DNA of 63,985 nucleotides, counting the filler, from an uncultured bacterium (GTDB lineage Bacteria > CAYSBA01), in assembly GCA_964429075.1 (NCBI GenBank). It is 14 parts of 14 records of this genome, joined end to end, with 100 filler letters (N's around TTAATTAATTAA, not from the genome) between each part and the next. Parts side by side here need not be neighbours in the genome. Positions count along the whole stretch, not along the records: positions 28,273 to 32,852 come from CAYSBA010000145.1; positions 32,953 to 37,525 come from CAYSBA010000146.1; positions 37,626 to 42,157 come from CAYSBA010000147.1; 11 more parts are not named here. One strand, 5' to 3'. The position numbers and the translations under genes are program-made. This document shows positions 29,260 through 40,805 of the stretch, one piece after another. Under the pieces are notes generated by a model. It was not told where the DNA came from, made no database searches, and saw only the letters and a list, made by a program, of their open reading frames with translations. Position 1 is the first letter of the stretch; the number at the start of each line of letters is the position of its first letter.

Positions 29260-30562
29260 ATGAATTTTATTTTTAAAAGATATCGTTTGATTACCATTGT
29301 TACTACAATCTTGGCAATTATAGGAACTCTTTTATCTGCAAGGCTAAAGATCAAGAGCAGCTTTTCTGATCTTCTGCCCGAAAAGGAACGAGTTGTTAAA
29401 GATCTCAAAAAAATTGATCACTTACTTGGTGGAATTGGTTTTTTAATAGTAACTATAGAGGGTAAAGATGAAAGACTTATTAAAGATACGATGATAAGGC
29501 TTGCTAAAAGTTTCAGAAAAGAGAAAGATCTTGTTAGATTTGTTAGATATAGATCGGGCAGAGACTTTGTAGAGAGATATGGTGGTTACTATTTATCACT
29601 GCAGGAGTTAAATAAGATATATGATCTTTTAATCCGCTGGAAAGAGAAGGAGATTGCAAAGAGGGTACCGGGCTACTTTGATCTTGAGGAGGAAAGATCT
29701 CAGGATCCTGAAAAAGAGTTGTTGAAGATTCTGCGAAACAAAAAAACAGGTTCCTTAATGGAAGACGATCTTTTGTATGATAAAAAGACAAAAATGGGGA
29801 TAGTGCTTATTAAGCCTGTCAGGTCTTCTGTCGACCTTAACTTTTCCAAAAGACTCCTCGATACATCAAAGAGAATAATTCAATCCGTTAAGAGAAATGG
29901 ACTGAGAATAACCCTTACAGGCCGATATGTAACAGGACGCGAAGAGATAGGACTGATAAAGAAGGACCTCGCCAAGACTTCCATTGTCGCCATTACCCTT
30001 ATCTCAATACTTTTGATGATTTTTTTTAACAGACCAGGCAGGGTACTTATAATGTCGATGGCCCTTTTGTTTGGAATAGCTATTAATTTTGGTATCGTCT
30101 ATCTTACATTGAATTATCTGAATGTAATTACAGTTATACTTGTTGCAATACTAATGGGTCTTGGTATTGATCATGGTATACATTTTCTTTATAGATATCA
30201 ACAACTCAGGAATCAGGGTCTTTCGCTCAATAGCGCCCTATCAGATACACTGCATAGAACTGGGAAGAGTATTTTTACCTCAGCACTCACTACTGCGATT
30301 GCCTTCTACTCAATAACCTTTACAGAGTTTAAGGGTATATCACAGTTTGGATTTATTGCAGGCACCGGGATGATTATTACCATGTGTGCAATGCTAATCT
30401 TTCTGCCGGCCTTTCTGATCTTTCTTGAGAAAGACCTTAAGATACCCTTTAATCTAAATCTGAAAGAGCCCACAATCCCTGAGGGGAGATTCCCGATGAC
30501 AGCTATTATCATAACTCTATCTTTTCTTGTTACTGTATATGCATCCACCCTTCTACCGGATA
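29260..30562 (+). CDS. MMPL/RND family transporter, N-terminal half only (cut at palindrome centre)
   Basis: TM + periplasmic domain + TM bundle with GLGIDHGIHF, TTAIAF, QFGFIAGTG; residues past 30562 are antisense read-through. Confidence 0.85.
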
Positions 30563-31865
30563 TATCCGGTAGAAGGGTGGATGCATATACAGTAACAAGA
30601 AAAGATAGAGTTATGATAATAGCTGTCATCGGGAATCTCCCCTCAGGGATTGTGGGCTCTTTCAGATTTAGATTAAAGGGTATCTTAAGGTCTTTCTCAA
30701 GAAAGATCAGAAAGGCCGGCAGAAAGATTAGCATTGCACACATGGTAATAATCATCCCGGTGCCTGCAATAAATCCAAACTGTGATATACCCTTAAACTC
30801 TGTAAAGGTTATTGAGTAGAAGGCAATCGCAGTAGTGAGTGCTGAGGTAAAAATACTCTTCCCAGTTCTATGCAGTGTATCTGATAGGGCGCTATTGAGC
30901 GAAAGACCCTGATTCCTGAGTTGTTGATATCTATAAAGAAAATGTATACCATGATCAATACCAAGACCCATTAGTATTGCAACAAGTATAACTGTAATTA
31001 CATTCAGATAATTCAATGTAAGATAGACGATACCAAAATTAATAGCTATTCCAAACAAAAGGGCCATCGACATTATAAGTACCCTGCCTGGTCTGTTAAA
31101 AAAAATCATCAAAAGTATTGAGATAAGGGTAATGGCGACAATGGAAGTCTTGGCGAGGTCCTTCTTTATCAGTCCTATCTCTTCGCGTCCTGTTACATAT
31201 CGGCCTGTAAGGGTTATTCTCAGTCCATTTCTCTTAACGGATTGAATTATTCTCTTTGATGTATCGAGGAGTCTTTTGGAAAAGTTAAGGTCGACAGAAG
31301 ACCTGACAGGCTTAATAAGCACTATCCCCATTTTTGTCTTTTTATCATACAAAAGATCGTCTTCCATTAAGGAACCTGTTTTTTTGTTTCGCAGAATCTT
31401 CAACAACTCTTTTTCAGGATCCTGAGATCTTTCCTCCTCAAGATCAAAGTAGCCCGGTACCCTCTTTGCAATCTCCTTCTCTTTCCAGCGGATTAAAAGA
31501 TCATATATCTTATTTAACTCCTGCAGTGATAAATAGTAACCACCATATCTCTCTACAAAGTCTCTGCCCGATCTATATCTAACAAATCTAACAAGATCTT
31601 TCTCTTTTCTGAAACTTTTAGCAAGCCTTATCATCGTATCTTTAATAAGTCTTTCATCTTTACCCTCTATAGTTACTATTAAAAAACCAATTCCACCAAG
31701 TAAGTGATCAATTTTTTTGAGATCTTTAACAACTCGTTCCTTTTCGGGCAGAAGATCAGAAAAGCTGCTCTTGATCTTTAGCCTTGCAGATAAAAGAGTT
31801 CCTATAATTGCCAAGATTGTAGTAACAATGGTAATCAAACGATATCTTTTAAAAATAAAATTCAT
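30563..31865 (-). CDS. Mirror copy of MMPL transporter fragment (probable artefact)
   Basis: Identical translation to the 29260 ORF. Confidence 0.4.
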
Positions 31866-31902
31866 TCTCCTTTTATGTTAACACTTTTGTAGTTAAATGA
31901 AT

Positions 31903-32556
31903 CTATTTCAATCTTTTCTTAAATGCACGGATTGCTCCTTTTGGATCTTTTTGTTTAAAAATGGCAGACCCAACAACCACAAGATCAACTCCAGTATCGA
32001 TGACCCTGTCTATATTATCAAGCTTTATACCTCCATCTATCTGGATTTGAAAGGATAAATCCCCACCCCTTTTTTTCTCCTTTAAATAATCTATCTTTTC
32101 AAGACATCCTTCTATTATAGACTGGCCTCCAAGACCCGGGTTTACACTCATGATAAGGACAAGATCAACAATCTCAAGCAGTGGTTCTACCATAATCACA
32201 GGTGTTCCGGGATTGATTGCCACACCCGCTTTTAGACCCTTTCTTTTTATATCTGAAAGGGAACGATGAATGTGTCTGTCTGCTTCCAGATGAATCGTTA
32301 TATAATCAACACCGGCCTTTACAAAGCCATCAATAAATCTTTCTGGTGTATCCACCATCAAGTGAGCATCCAGGATACCGGTAAAATTTTTTCTCAAAGA
32401 TCTCACAACCGGTGGACCAAAGGTCAAGTTTGGCACAAAATGTCCATCCATAACATCAAGGTGTAGCCAGTCAATACCTTCCTTTTCTATCTCGATAAGT
32501 ATCTCCTTTAGACCAAGAAAATCAGCATCAAGTATTGATGGAGTCAACTTTACCAT
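31903..32556 (-). CDS. rpe: Mirror copy of rpe (probable artefact)
   Basis: Identical translation to the 28569 ORF. Confidence 0.4.
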   Translation of the reverse strand: MVKLTPSILDADFLGLKEILIEIEKEGIDWLHLDVMDGHFVPNLTFGPPVVRSLRKNFTGILDAHLMVDTPERFIDGFVKAGVDYITIHLEADRHIHRSLSDIKRKGLKAGVAINPGTPVIMVEPLLEIVDLVLIMSVNPGLGGQSIIEGCLEKIDYLKEKKRGGDLSFQIQIDGGIKLDNIDRVIDTGVDLVVVGSAIFKQKDPKGAIRAFKKRLK

Positions 32557-32558
32557 TG

Positions 32559-32852
32559 TTACCTCCTTTTCATAACTGAAAAAAATAGGATATCATATAT
32601 TGAATTCTCCTCGCTTGGTCTGGTAAGATATCCACAATCTGTCTTTATCAGATGTCCCATTTCGGATAATTTTTCAAAATATTGTATCGATAATATATCG
32701 ACATCCTTTTTAAAACACTCAAGCACCCTATCAGTCTCATCCTTTATAAAAGAACAGACAGAATATAGAATAATGCCTCCCTTTTTTACAAGCTCTATAG
32801 CTGATGCAAGTAGGCCCTTTTGTACATATGCCATATCATATGCCCTTTTGAA
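32559..32852 (-). CDS. rsmB: Mirror copy of rsmB fragment (probable artefact)
   Basis: Identical translation to the 28291 ORF. Confidence 0.4.
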   Translation of the reverse strand, partial: FKRAYDMAYVQKGLLASAIELVKKGGIILYSVCSFIKDETDRVLECFKKDVDILSIQYFEKLSEMGHLIKTDCGYLTRPSEENSIYDILFFSVMKRR

Positions 32853-32952
32853 NNNNNNNNNNNNNNNNNNNNNNNNNNNNNNNNNNNNNNNNNNNNTTAA
32901 TTAATTAANNNNNNNNNNNNNNNNNNNNNNNNNNNNNNNNNNNNNNNNNNNN

Positions 32953-33980
32953 GATATAGATCTGTCTCTACTCTATTAGAAAAGACAAGAAGAGGTACAA
33001 TATCCTATATTGATTCTTCTACTTACAGAATTTCTCTTTTGCTCGAGAGGACAATTGAGATAATGGCCTTTTTTGCACTGATAGGTTTTGCTATCTCCAT
33101 ATGGGTACTTGTTATATTTTCCAAGCGTATGAGACGTATAGAATTCCTGAGCCGAATCTCTGAAAAGATAGGTAGTGGTGACTTTGATATCAAATTAAAA
33201 GAAGATGAGGATGATGAGGTGGGGATTTTAGTTAAAAGTTTTGCAAGGATGGTTGATGGGCTAAAAGAAAGAGAAAAAGAACTAAACGAAAAGGCAAAAG
33301 AACTTCTCAGAAAGGAACGACTTGCAGCTATCGGCATGATGTCATCCAAGATTGTGCATGAGATAAGGAACCCTTTGAACTCTATGGGGCTGAATCTTGA
33401 ATACCTGCTTGATAATCTTAAAAAGGAGGGGCTGAAAAATAGTGATCTTCTAACCGTTACAGAGGATGTCTACAGAGAAGTCGAACGTCTTACATCAGTA
33501 ACAGAAGAATACCTTCAGTTTTCCAGTTTACCAAGACCACAAAAAGAGAGAGTCTCACTGGGACCGTTTCTCGATCAATTCAAAAGAGAGATTTTACAGC
33601 TTTTTGAAGAGAGGGGCAATATTATCGAGATCTCACATAACAACGAAAGGGTGATGTGTGATCCTGGACACTTAAAACAGGCACTTTTAAATCTTGTAAA
33701 AAACGCAAGAGATGCTTCAAAGAGAGGGATGTCAATCAGGATAGAGGTAAAGAGGCTTGAAAAAAACAGGGTTGCAATAGATGTTATCGATCAGGGCGAG
33801 GGTATAGCTGATGAGGTAAAAAAGAGACTCTTTGAGCCCTTTGTATCAACAAAAAAGGGAGGCACAGGGCTTGGATTATCCCTTGCTAAGGAGCTTATGG
33901 TAATGAACAACGGAGATCTTTTGCTTGCAAAGTCTGATAAATCAGGTACTACCTTCAGGATTGTACTGTCCTCTTGTTGA
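32953..33980 (+). CDS. Membrane sensor histidine kinase (HAMP-HisKA-HATPase, NtrB/NtrY-like), 5'-truncated
   Basis: TM, DDEVGILVKSF HAMP, HEIRNPL, NLVKNA, DQGEG, GTGLGL. Confidence 0.92.
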
Positions 33981-35867
33981 AATTATCCGTAATATTGCCT
34001 CAACTATAAGCCAGAGGGTAAGAAAAAGGATAATGATACCGGTAAAAAGAGGAGCCATTCTACCATTTTTATAGAATTTTATCAGATTGAATACAGCAGA
34101 GTAGAGTGTAAAAAAGAGCACAAAGAGCATCGGAATGGTTGTATATAGGTGATTACGTCTTTTTAGATAAAGATAAATGGATACCATCAGCAATGCAAGA
34201 GCAGCAAGTACCTGATTGGATGTTCCAAACAGCTGCCAGAGTATAAGTCCGGCAGGTCTGCCATCTACCTTCATCAGGGCAAAAAAGGCAATTGAAAGAA
34301 CTGCACCAATGGAGGCAATATATTTATTTGTCAAAAACGATAAAAATCTCGTCTGTCTCCCTATTTCTTCTATGTTGTAACGCAACAGTCTGGTTGCAGA
34401 ATCAAGGGTTGTAAGTGCGAAAGAGACAACGATCACACTCACAAGGGTCATTGAAAATTTTTTATCAACCCCGAGTGATGATATTATGTTGCCGGCACCG
34501 GTTATAAAGGCATTTAATTTTGGACCAAGTCCGCTTGCTGCATGCCAGCTACCATACATCTTATACCAGGCATCGCTCGATCCTACACCTGCAGTACATG
34601 CAATCAGGACAAGTGCTGCAAGGACTCCTTCAAGTAGCATTGAACCGTATCCAATCATACGTGCGTCCTTTACCCTGTCTAACTGTCTTACCGTGGTCCC
34701 ACTTGCAGCAAGACTGTGGAAGCCAGAGACAGCACCACATGCAATAACTATAAACAAAAATGGAAAAATTGGCGGTGCATCCTTTGCATGATCTGTAACA
34801 GCTGGAGCCACAATATGTGGGTTTGAGATCAATATCCCGCCAACAATAAATATCAGACCGAGATAGAGGAGATAAGAATTCATATAGTCTCTCGGTTGCA
34901 AAAGTAACCATACAGGAAGAATTGATGCAAGAAGGGCATAAAACAGAAGGATCCAGGTCCACAGATCCTTTGCCTTTGTATCTGCAATTTTAACACTCCT
35001 TGCTGACTCAGTATCGGCCCTTGTATCAAAAAGACCTTCAAGAGCCTTTGGTCTGGAAACATCTATGGATCTATACTTAAGACCAAATCTCTTAAGAGAC
35101 TCTGCATCCTCTTTTGTCAGGATAGCCCCCTTTTCGATCTTTGTCTGGCCTGACGAGACTACATACACAGGATCTTTAACAGAATCTATCCTGTGAGCGA
35201 TCTTTTTTACGTTACTGTTTACAAAAAGTAGATAAGTCTTTATTGGGTTTTTAATACCAATATCTACAAATATAGCCATTAAAATCAATCCAAATATGGT
35301 AACCTGCCAGAGTTTAAGTCTGGTCTTGTAGATCAGTACACCGATGATTACGGCTATTCCAATCAGTGACAGGGTGGGAAAGACGGCACCAGGATAAAGG
35401 TCGTTAAATAGAATAGATATTACAAGCGCAAAGACACCCATAGCAAGAGATAAAATAAAGTAGATGATCAATAAAAAGAGGATACGTCCCCTTTTACCAA
35501 TTATATCTTCCGTAAGGTCTCCGATTGATTTACCCTTATGGGCAAGGGAGAGTTTCAGTGAGGCAAAATCGTGCACCGCACCTATAAATACATTTCCAAA
35601 GACAATCCACAGAAGGGCCGGGAGATATCCCCAGATAACTGCAATTGCAGGTCCTACAATTGGACCAAGACCGGCTATAGTTGCATAATGATGTCCGAAA
35701 AGTACCCATCGATTTGCTGGTACAAAATCGGTACCGTCGTACTGTTCATGTGCTGGTGTTGGATCATTACCATCAACAAGGACCTTCTCATCAAGCCTTT
35801 TTGAATAGACAAAATAACCAAATAGATAGAAGACAGCAACTATAATCAATATAATTACAGCGCTCAT
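33942..35867 (-). CDS. cstA: Carbon starvation protein A family peptide/pyruvate transporter
   Basis: TPAH..DG.DFVP, LFGHHY..IAG.GPIVGP, LLQPRDY, IACGAVSGFHSL, LWQLFG.SNQ. Confidence 0.93.
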   Translation of the reverse strand: MSAVIILIIVAVFYLFGYFVYSKRLDEKVLVDGNDPTPAHEQYDGTDFVPANRWVLFGHHYATIAGLGPIVGPAIAVIWGYLPALLWIVFGNVFIGAVHDFASLKLSLAHKGKSIGDLTEDIIGKRGRILFLLIIYFILSLAMGVFALVISILFNDLYPGAVFPTLSLIGIAVIIGVLIYKTRLKLWQVTIFGLILMAIFVDIGIKNPIKTYLLFVNSNVKKIAHRIDSVKDPVYVVSSGQTKIEKGAILTKEDAESLKRFGLKYRSIDVSRPKALEGLFDTRADTESARSVKIADTKAKDLWTWILLFYALLASILPVWLLLQPRDYMNSYLLYLGLIFIVGGILISNPHIVAPAVTDHAKDAPPIFPFLFIVIACGAVSGFHSLAASGTTVRQLDRVKDARMIGYGSMLLEGVLAALVLIACTAGVGSSDAWYKMYGSWHAASGLGPKLNAFITGAGNIISSLGVDKKFSMTLVSVIVVSFALTTLDSATRLLRYNIEEIGRQTRFLSFLTNKYIASIGAVLSIAFFALMKVDGRPAGLILWQLFGTSNQVLAALALLMVSIYLYLKRRNHLYTTIPMLFVLFFTLYSAVFNLIKFYKNGRMAPLFTGIIILFLTLWLIVEAILRIISTRGQYNPEGST

Positions 35868-35932
35868 AACCACTCTATAATTTTTTTTTTCTTTTTAGTA
35901 AATACCCAATGTTTACTTAATTATTACATAAA

Positions 35933-37525
35933 TTATAACAGATCACCAGCAACTTTAAAAAGATCACTTACAGAAAATGGTTTCTGTAAGACCTTCTCAC
36001 TTTTATCAATATCTTTTATAAGATTTTTGGGATAGCCTGTTATAAATACAACAGGAGCATTGAGGCCATATTTTCTCAATTCTCTGAGCAATACTGGACC
36101 CTTTGTACCATTCAGATGGACATCAAGCAGAATGAGATTAAATTGATCGTTTTCCTTTTTCAATAGGTCCATTACCATAGTTGGTGAATCTACTCCTGTT
36201 ACCTTAAAGCCTGCCCTCTTTAGAATCCTGCAATGGAGTTCCAAAGAATTTGAATCATCATCAATCAGCAAGATATGCTTTTTATTATTTATAAATGAAT
36301 TGAAGCTACCTTTTTTGACCTTTTCATTTAGCCCTATAGAGTCTTTTTTAGATGCCTTTGGAAAGTACAGCTTGAAGGTAGTACCTTTACCAGATTCAGA
36401 ATAGACCCATATGCTGCCTCCATTCTTTTTTACAATACTATAGACGATAGATAGACCGAGCCCCTGACCACGTCTTTTTCTTTTTGTTGTAAAAAAAGGC
36501 TCAAAGATCCTCTCTTTTGTCTCCTCATCCATACCGCAGCCTGTATCTGTAATCTTTATACATACATATTCCCCTGGCTCTACTTTGAGATGGAATTTTG
36601 CATATTCTTCTGTCAGGATACAGGTTTCAACCTCTATAATGAGCTCACCTCCACCCTCTTCCATTGCCTCTATTGCATTATTACAGATATTCAAAAGGAC
36701 CCTCAATATCTGACCCTTATCTGCAAGTATCGTTGCATTATCAGATTCAAAATAGGTCCTAAGTGTTATACCCATCTCCTTGAGCTTTGTTTCTATAAGA
36801 CTGCATACACCCTTTATTAGCTCCACCACATTTAGTTTCACAAAGACAGGTTCCATTGGGTTTGAGAAATCAAGAATCTGGGTTGTTACATCTGCAGCAT
36901 TCATAACGATCCGTCTTATTTCTTTTAGGTGTCCTACAAATTCATCTTTATCCGATGCAATCAACAGTGCCTCTTCTATCTTTGCAAGCATAGAGGATAA
37001 AAAGTTGTTAAAATCGTGTACAATCTGTCCTGCAAACATACCAAGAGATTCCATCTTTTTTGCTTGATAAAGCTGCTTTTGTAACTGCTCTTTTTGATCT
37101 CGTAGTCTCCTCAGTTCTCTTATGTCTTTTACGAGCACAAGGACTGAATTTTTACCCTCATACTCAAATATTCTGGCAGATACCTCCACATCAAGCCTGC
37201 TACCCTTTTTATCTATAAACACCTCTTCCATAGGAGGAACCCATCCCTTTTTTGTAATTACATCTGTTATTCTCTTTATTATTTTCTGCTGAAAATCCGG
37301 GTGGACAAATTCAAAGACACTTCTGCCAATCATCTCATCCATTGTATAGCCGAGAGTCTTAGCTGCATAGCGGTTGACATATTTTATAACACCCTCCTGA
37401 TGAACAGCAACACCGATAGGCATAGCATTTAACAGTGTAGTATACCTTTTTTCCTGTCTTTTTAGTTCATCGATGATTCTTTTGTCATGTTCGAGCTGAC
37501 TGTAAAGATTTGAACCAGAAATGCA
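35933..37525 (-). CDS. Hybrid histidine kinase (PAS-HisKA-HATPase-REC), 5'-truncated
   Basis: PAS (FVHPD), HDFNN, DTGCGM..IFEPFFTTK, GLGLS, receiver LIDDD...LLDV...KPF; frame open to contig end. Confidence 0.92.
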   Translation of the reverse strand, partial: CISGSNLYSQLEHDKRIIDELKRQEKRYTTLLNAMPIGVAVHQEGVIKYVNRYAAKTLGYTMDEMIGRSVFEFVHPDFQQKIIKRITDVITKKGWVPPMEEVFIDKKGSRLDVEVSARIFEYEGKNSVLVLVKDIRELRRLRDQKEQLQKQLYQAKKMESLGMFAGQIVHDFNNFLSSMLAKIEEALLIASDKDEFVGHLKEIRRIVMNAADVTTQILDFSNPMEPVFVKLNVVELIKGVCSLIETKLKEMGITLRTYFESDNATILADKGQILRVLLNICNNAIEAMEEGGGELIIEVETCILTEEYAKFHLKVEPGEYVCIKITDTGCGMDEETKERIFEPFFTTKRKRRGQGLGLSIVYSIVKKNGGSIWVYSESGKGTTFKLYFPKASKKDSIGLNEKVKKGSFNSFINNKKHILLIDDDSNSLELHCRILKRAGFKVTGVDSPTMVMDLLKKENDQFNLILLDVHLNGTKGPVLLRELRKYGLNAPVVFITGYPKNLIKDIDKSEKVLQKPFSVSDLFKVAGDLL

Positions 37526-37625
37526 NNNNNNNNNNNNNNNNNNNNNNNNNNNNNNNNNNNNNNNNNNNNTTAATTAATTAANNNNNNNNNNNNNNNNNNN
37601 NNNNNNNNNNNNNNNNNNNNNNNNN

Positions 37626-39345
37626 TCTGTTTGATAATTCTTTATTATAACAAATTGTTTTTGAAGTTCCTTTTCCATCTCTAAGAATCTATCCATAATC
37701 CTCTTTTTGTATTGCATGAGTGCATCTGTACTCTTTGGTAGATTCTCAAGCTGTCTCTCAAGTTTCTGCTTTTTTTTCTTTATTTCGGCCAGCCTCTTTT
37801 TGATCTTGCCTGGCAGCCTGCCCTCTACAAGCCTGAGTGCTATTGAGGAAATCTTCTTCTTGAGATCTATAAGTCTATTTTCAATAGTTACTGCCTTGGT
37901 CCTTGCTGCATCAAGCCCGGGAAACATGTATGTCTTTTTCTTTGATTGTAACGCCGCCTTAAGTTCAAGGAGGACATTCTTGGCCTCTTCAAGACTCTTT
38001 GAGCTTGCCTTAAGGTCATTAGATAGACCCTTTGCCTGACTGATATCCCTATCTGTAGATACCCATTTAACTGCAACTTCTGGCAGGAATACAGAAGGAT
38101 TGAAACTTTCAAGATCTGTGCCTACTATCTCTTTAAAGTACTGAGCAGGATCCACATTGTCCTTTGTAATCTTTTTGATCTTTTTATACACTCCATAAAA
38201 ACGATTGATAATGTCCTGATACACCTGCTTTGCCTCCTCATAACGCCCCATCCTCTTTAAAAGATGACCTTTGAGAATCTTTAATTCTGCCTCCTTCTCC
38301 GATTTTGGGTTATAAAGAAGTAGAAGATCAATATTTTTTATTGCTTCATCGTACTTTTTCTCTTTTATATATATCCACGTAATTTCATACAGATATCGTT
38401 CAAAATAGGAGCTATTTCTGTCTATCCGTTGATAGATATCAATTGCTTTCAGGTACTTATTTTTGTGATAGAGAATTCTTCCCATTGCAAGTATACAAAG
38501 ATCGTGTATCCTCTTTTGCGAAGGATTTATTACCTGAAACTTTGAGGCCTCTTCAAAGATCTTATAGGCATCATCAAGTCTATTCTGTCTTACAAGGATT
38601 GTGCCCATCATATATCTGGCATGGAGATAAAAAGGATTACTTTTGTCTATTCTGGAGAAAGCATCATATGCTGCCCTAAGGTCTCCAGATTCATAAAGGA
38701 ATCTGGCCTGTATATACCTTATACTTGGTCTCAACTTTGAGGGAGGGATCCTTTCTGTAAGTTTAAAATACTGACTTATATCAGCATAATCATTTATAAT
38801 GGGTGCAATCTCAATAAGTCTTGTTATTGCATTCTGGTACAGCCGATCCTCAAGATGGCTCCTGTTTGTACGAATCTTTCTTAGATATTTAATAAAAAAA
38901 CGCTTTGATTCAAGGTAATCCTTGATCTGATAAAGAGATTCGGCAAGATAGTAGTAAACCTCATCGTTGCCCCTCGATTGCTGAAATTCTTTACGCTGAA
39001 CAACATCGTAGAATATGACTGCTGCATGTGCGAAATCATTCCTCATAAAAAGAATCTTGCCATTGTTTATCTCATTCAAGATGTCATATTTCTTTTTGAA
39101 CCCACCTATCTTGGATGGTTTATATTCATTCAATAGACTCAAGATATCCTTTTTATATTTACCAATGGCCTTTTCTATCTCTTTTAGAGAACTCTCTATC
39201 TTTTCAAGCCGCTTTTTTTCTTTTGGATNNNNNNNNNNGAATTACCCTTGACCCCCTTTGATAGTGCAATATTTACAGAGGAAAGAATTACAATAAAACT
39301 AATTAGAGTAAAAGAAAAAGATCTTATGGCACGCTTCACAGTCAT
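37626..39345 (-). CDS. Exported TPR/coiled-coil protein, split by 10-N gap at 39229-39238 and 3'-truncated
   Basis: Signal peptide MTVKRAIRSFSFTLISFIVIL from ATG 39345; frame of ORF 39142 stays open to the gap; many TPRs then long coiled coil. Confidence 0.8.
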
Positions 39346-39358
39346 TTCCTCGAAGAGG

Positions 39359-40216
39359 TTACTCCTCTTCACTCTCTTTTTTCTTCTCTTCTGCAATATT
39401 CGTAATCTTTACATCGTATCTAATCGATGGCCTCTTTCTATAGTCGGTAAATATAGTGCCACGTTTGTAACCCACCACCTTGATCTCTGTAACCTTACCC
39501 TCTGCAACTCGAAAGGTGTAACTCGAACGCAGCTTAAACTTGTATCCCTTAAGGTATGAAAAAAATCCATATCCACTACCCTGATACACCATAAACACTG
39601 AAACGGTATGGCTTCCTGGTGCAAGCCTGCCTTCGTAAACAGTGACTGGATTTGAACTATTACCCTCATCTTCATTGAATTGTTTTGAGTATACAGGTGC
39701 ACCATCAAGGGTATAGCTTACATAAACCAGCCTGTACCCACTTCCCATGTCGTTCAGATGTATAATCCTCGCTTTTGCGCCTGATATTACACCATGAAGA
39801 ACAGCCTCTTTGAGCTTCAAAAGCTTTGCTTTTGACCTAAATATTTTCTCTTTTATGTCAAATATCTTCTCTTCAAGATTCTTCAGGGTTATTGAGAGTG
39901 AATTGTCCACATCAGTAGATTTTGATATTGACTTTTGAGCGTTCTCCTCTGTCTTTGCCTCTTTTGCTTGTTCGGCTTTATCTTCTTCTTTTGTAGATAT
40001 AACTTTTTTGTCTGTGTTTTTTTGTGCAGCAGAAGTCCCATTTTTGTCTGAATTTGTAACATCAGCAGTTGGTTCGTTATCTTTTTTATCTTTAACTACT
40101 GTCTTTTGATTATTCGTCTTTTCTTCTGCCCCTGTAGAACCAGGCAGTGCAATAAATATACATAAAAACAGCATTAATATGGATACAAAAAAACACTTTT
40201 TTGAATTTTTTTTCAT
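39359..40216 (-). CDS. Conserved myxobacterial-type exported protein (low-complexity linker, coiled coil, beta-sandwich)
   Basis: Signal peptide; KEKIFRSKAKL, LDGAPV, GYGFFSYLKGYKFKLRSSYTF motif recalled from myxobacterial proteins found upstream of TPR genes. Confidence 0.65.
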   Translation of the reverse strand: MKKNSKKCFFVSILMLFLCIFIALPGSTGAEEKTNNQKTVVKDKKDNEPTADVTNSDKNGTSAAQKNTDKKVISTKEEDKAEQAKEAKTEENAQKSISKSTDVDNSLSITLKNLEEKIFDIKEKIFRSKAKLLKLKEAVLHGVISGAKARIIHLNDMGSGYRLVYVSYTLDGAPVYSKQFNEDEGNSSNPVTVYEGRLAPGSHTVSVFMVYQGSGYGFFSYLKGYKFKLRSSYTFRVAEGKVTEIKVVGYKRGTIFTDYRKRPSIRYDVKITNIAEEKKKESEEE

Positions 40217-40332
40217 TTTAACCTCTCAATATATCCCTAAACCACTTAAAATAACATAATGGTTTTTAAATGTCAAAATACCCCCGCCTTCAAACTATAT
40301 TCAAACTCTTACCACAAATGAAAAAGATGTCA

Positions 40333-40805
40333 TTATTCATTAAACTTACAGACTTCCTGTTTTATTCCACCTTCTAACTGATCCTCAACAACCTCACAGG
40401 TCTTTCCCTCACAGAGGTTTATCTCCTTTTTCAAAATAAAGCATATGCAGATCCTCGTCTTCTCCTTTACCTCAAAATAGCTGCTTTGTCCCTGAGCAGT
40501 AAGATTGCCAGACTTAAAACCATCTACTATTACCTTAACGATACCTTTGGTAGGAAGTATTTTGTGATAGAAAAGGTATTGATCTTTGGATTCATACACC
40601 TTTGGAAACTGTGCCGCGTTGTAGAGAGTACCATCCTGATTCATAACAGAAACTCTGATAAAATCCACCTGATTAAAGGGGTCTTCACTCGCACCAGGTG
40701 GCGTACAGAGATCGATTATAGGGGAATTGTTAGGGTCAAACTTCTTACCACATCCATCAAATNNNNNNNNNNAATTAACACAGTATGTCTTACAATTTTC
40801 TTCAT
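40333..40805 (-). CDS. Putative lipoprotein, split by 10-N gap at 40763-40772
   Basis: ATG 40805 overlaps upstream stop (TGATG); MKKIVRHTVLI...FDGCGKK; continues in frame into ORF 40668. Confidence 0.6.

Larger units (their letters stand above)
28273..32852. repeat. Whole-contig perfect inverted repeat (2 x 2290 bp, no spacer, centre 30562/30563)
   Basis: Contig starts TTCAAAAGGGCATATG and ends CATATGCCCTTTTGAA; centre CCGGATA|TATCCGG; mirrored identical ORFs on both strands. Confidence 0.97.

Noticed and set aside
30563-30819. Novel C-terminal extension of the 519-aa MMPL ORF and a bidirectionally coding overlap
   Set aside because: It is the antisense translation of the same gene produced by the fold-back.
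28273-32852. Hairpin telomere of a linear plasmid/phage, or true rpe duplication
   Set aside because: The fold interrupts a transporter gene within housekeeping context, the arms look identical and no protelomerase is in view; kept only as a low-probability alternative.
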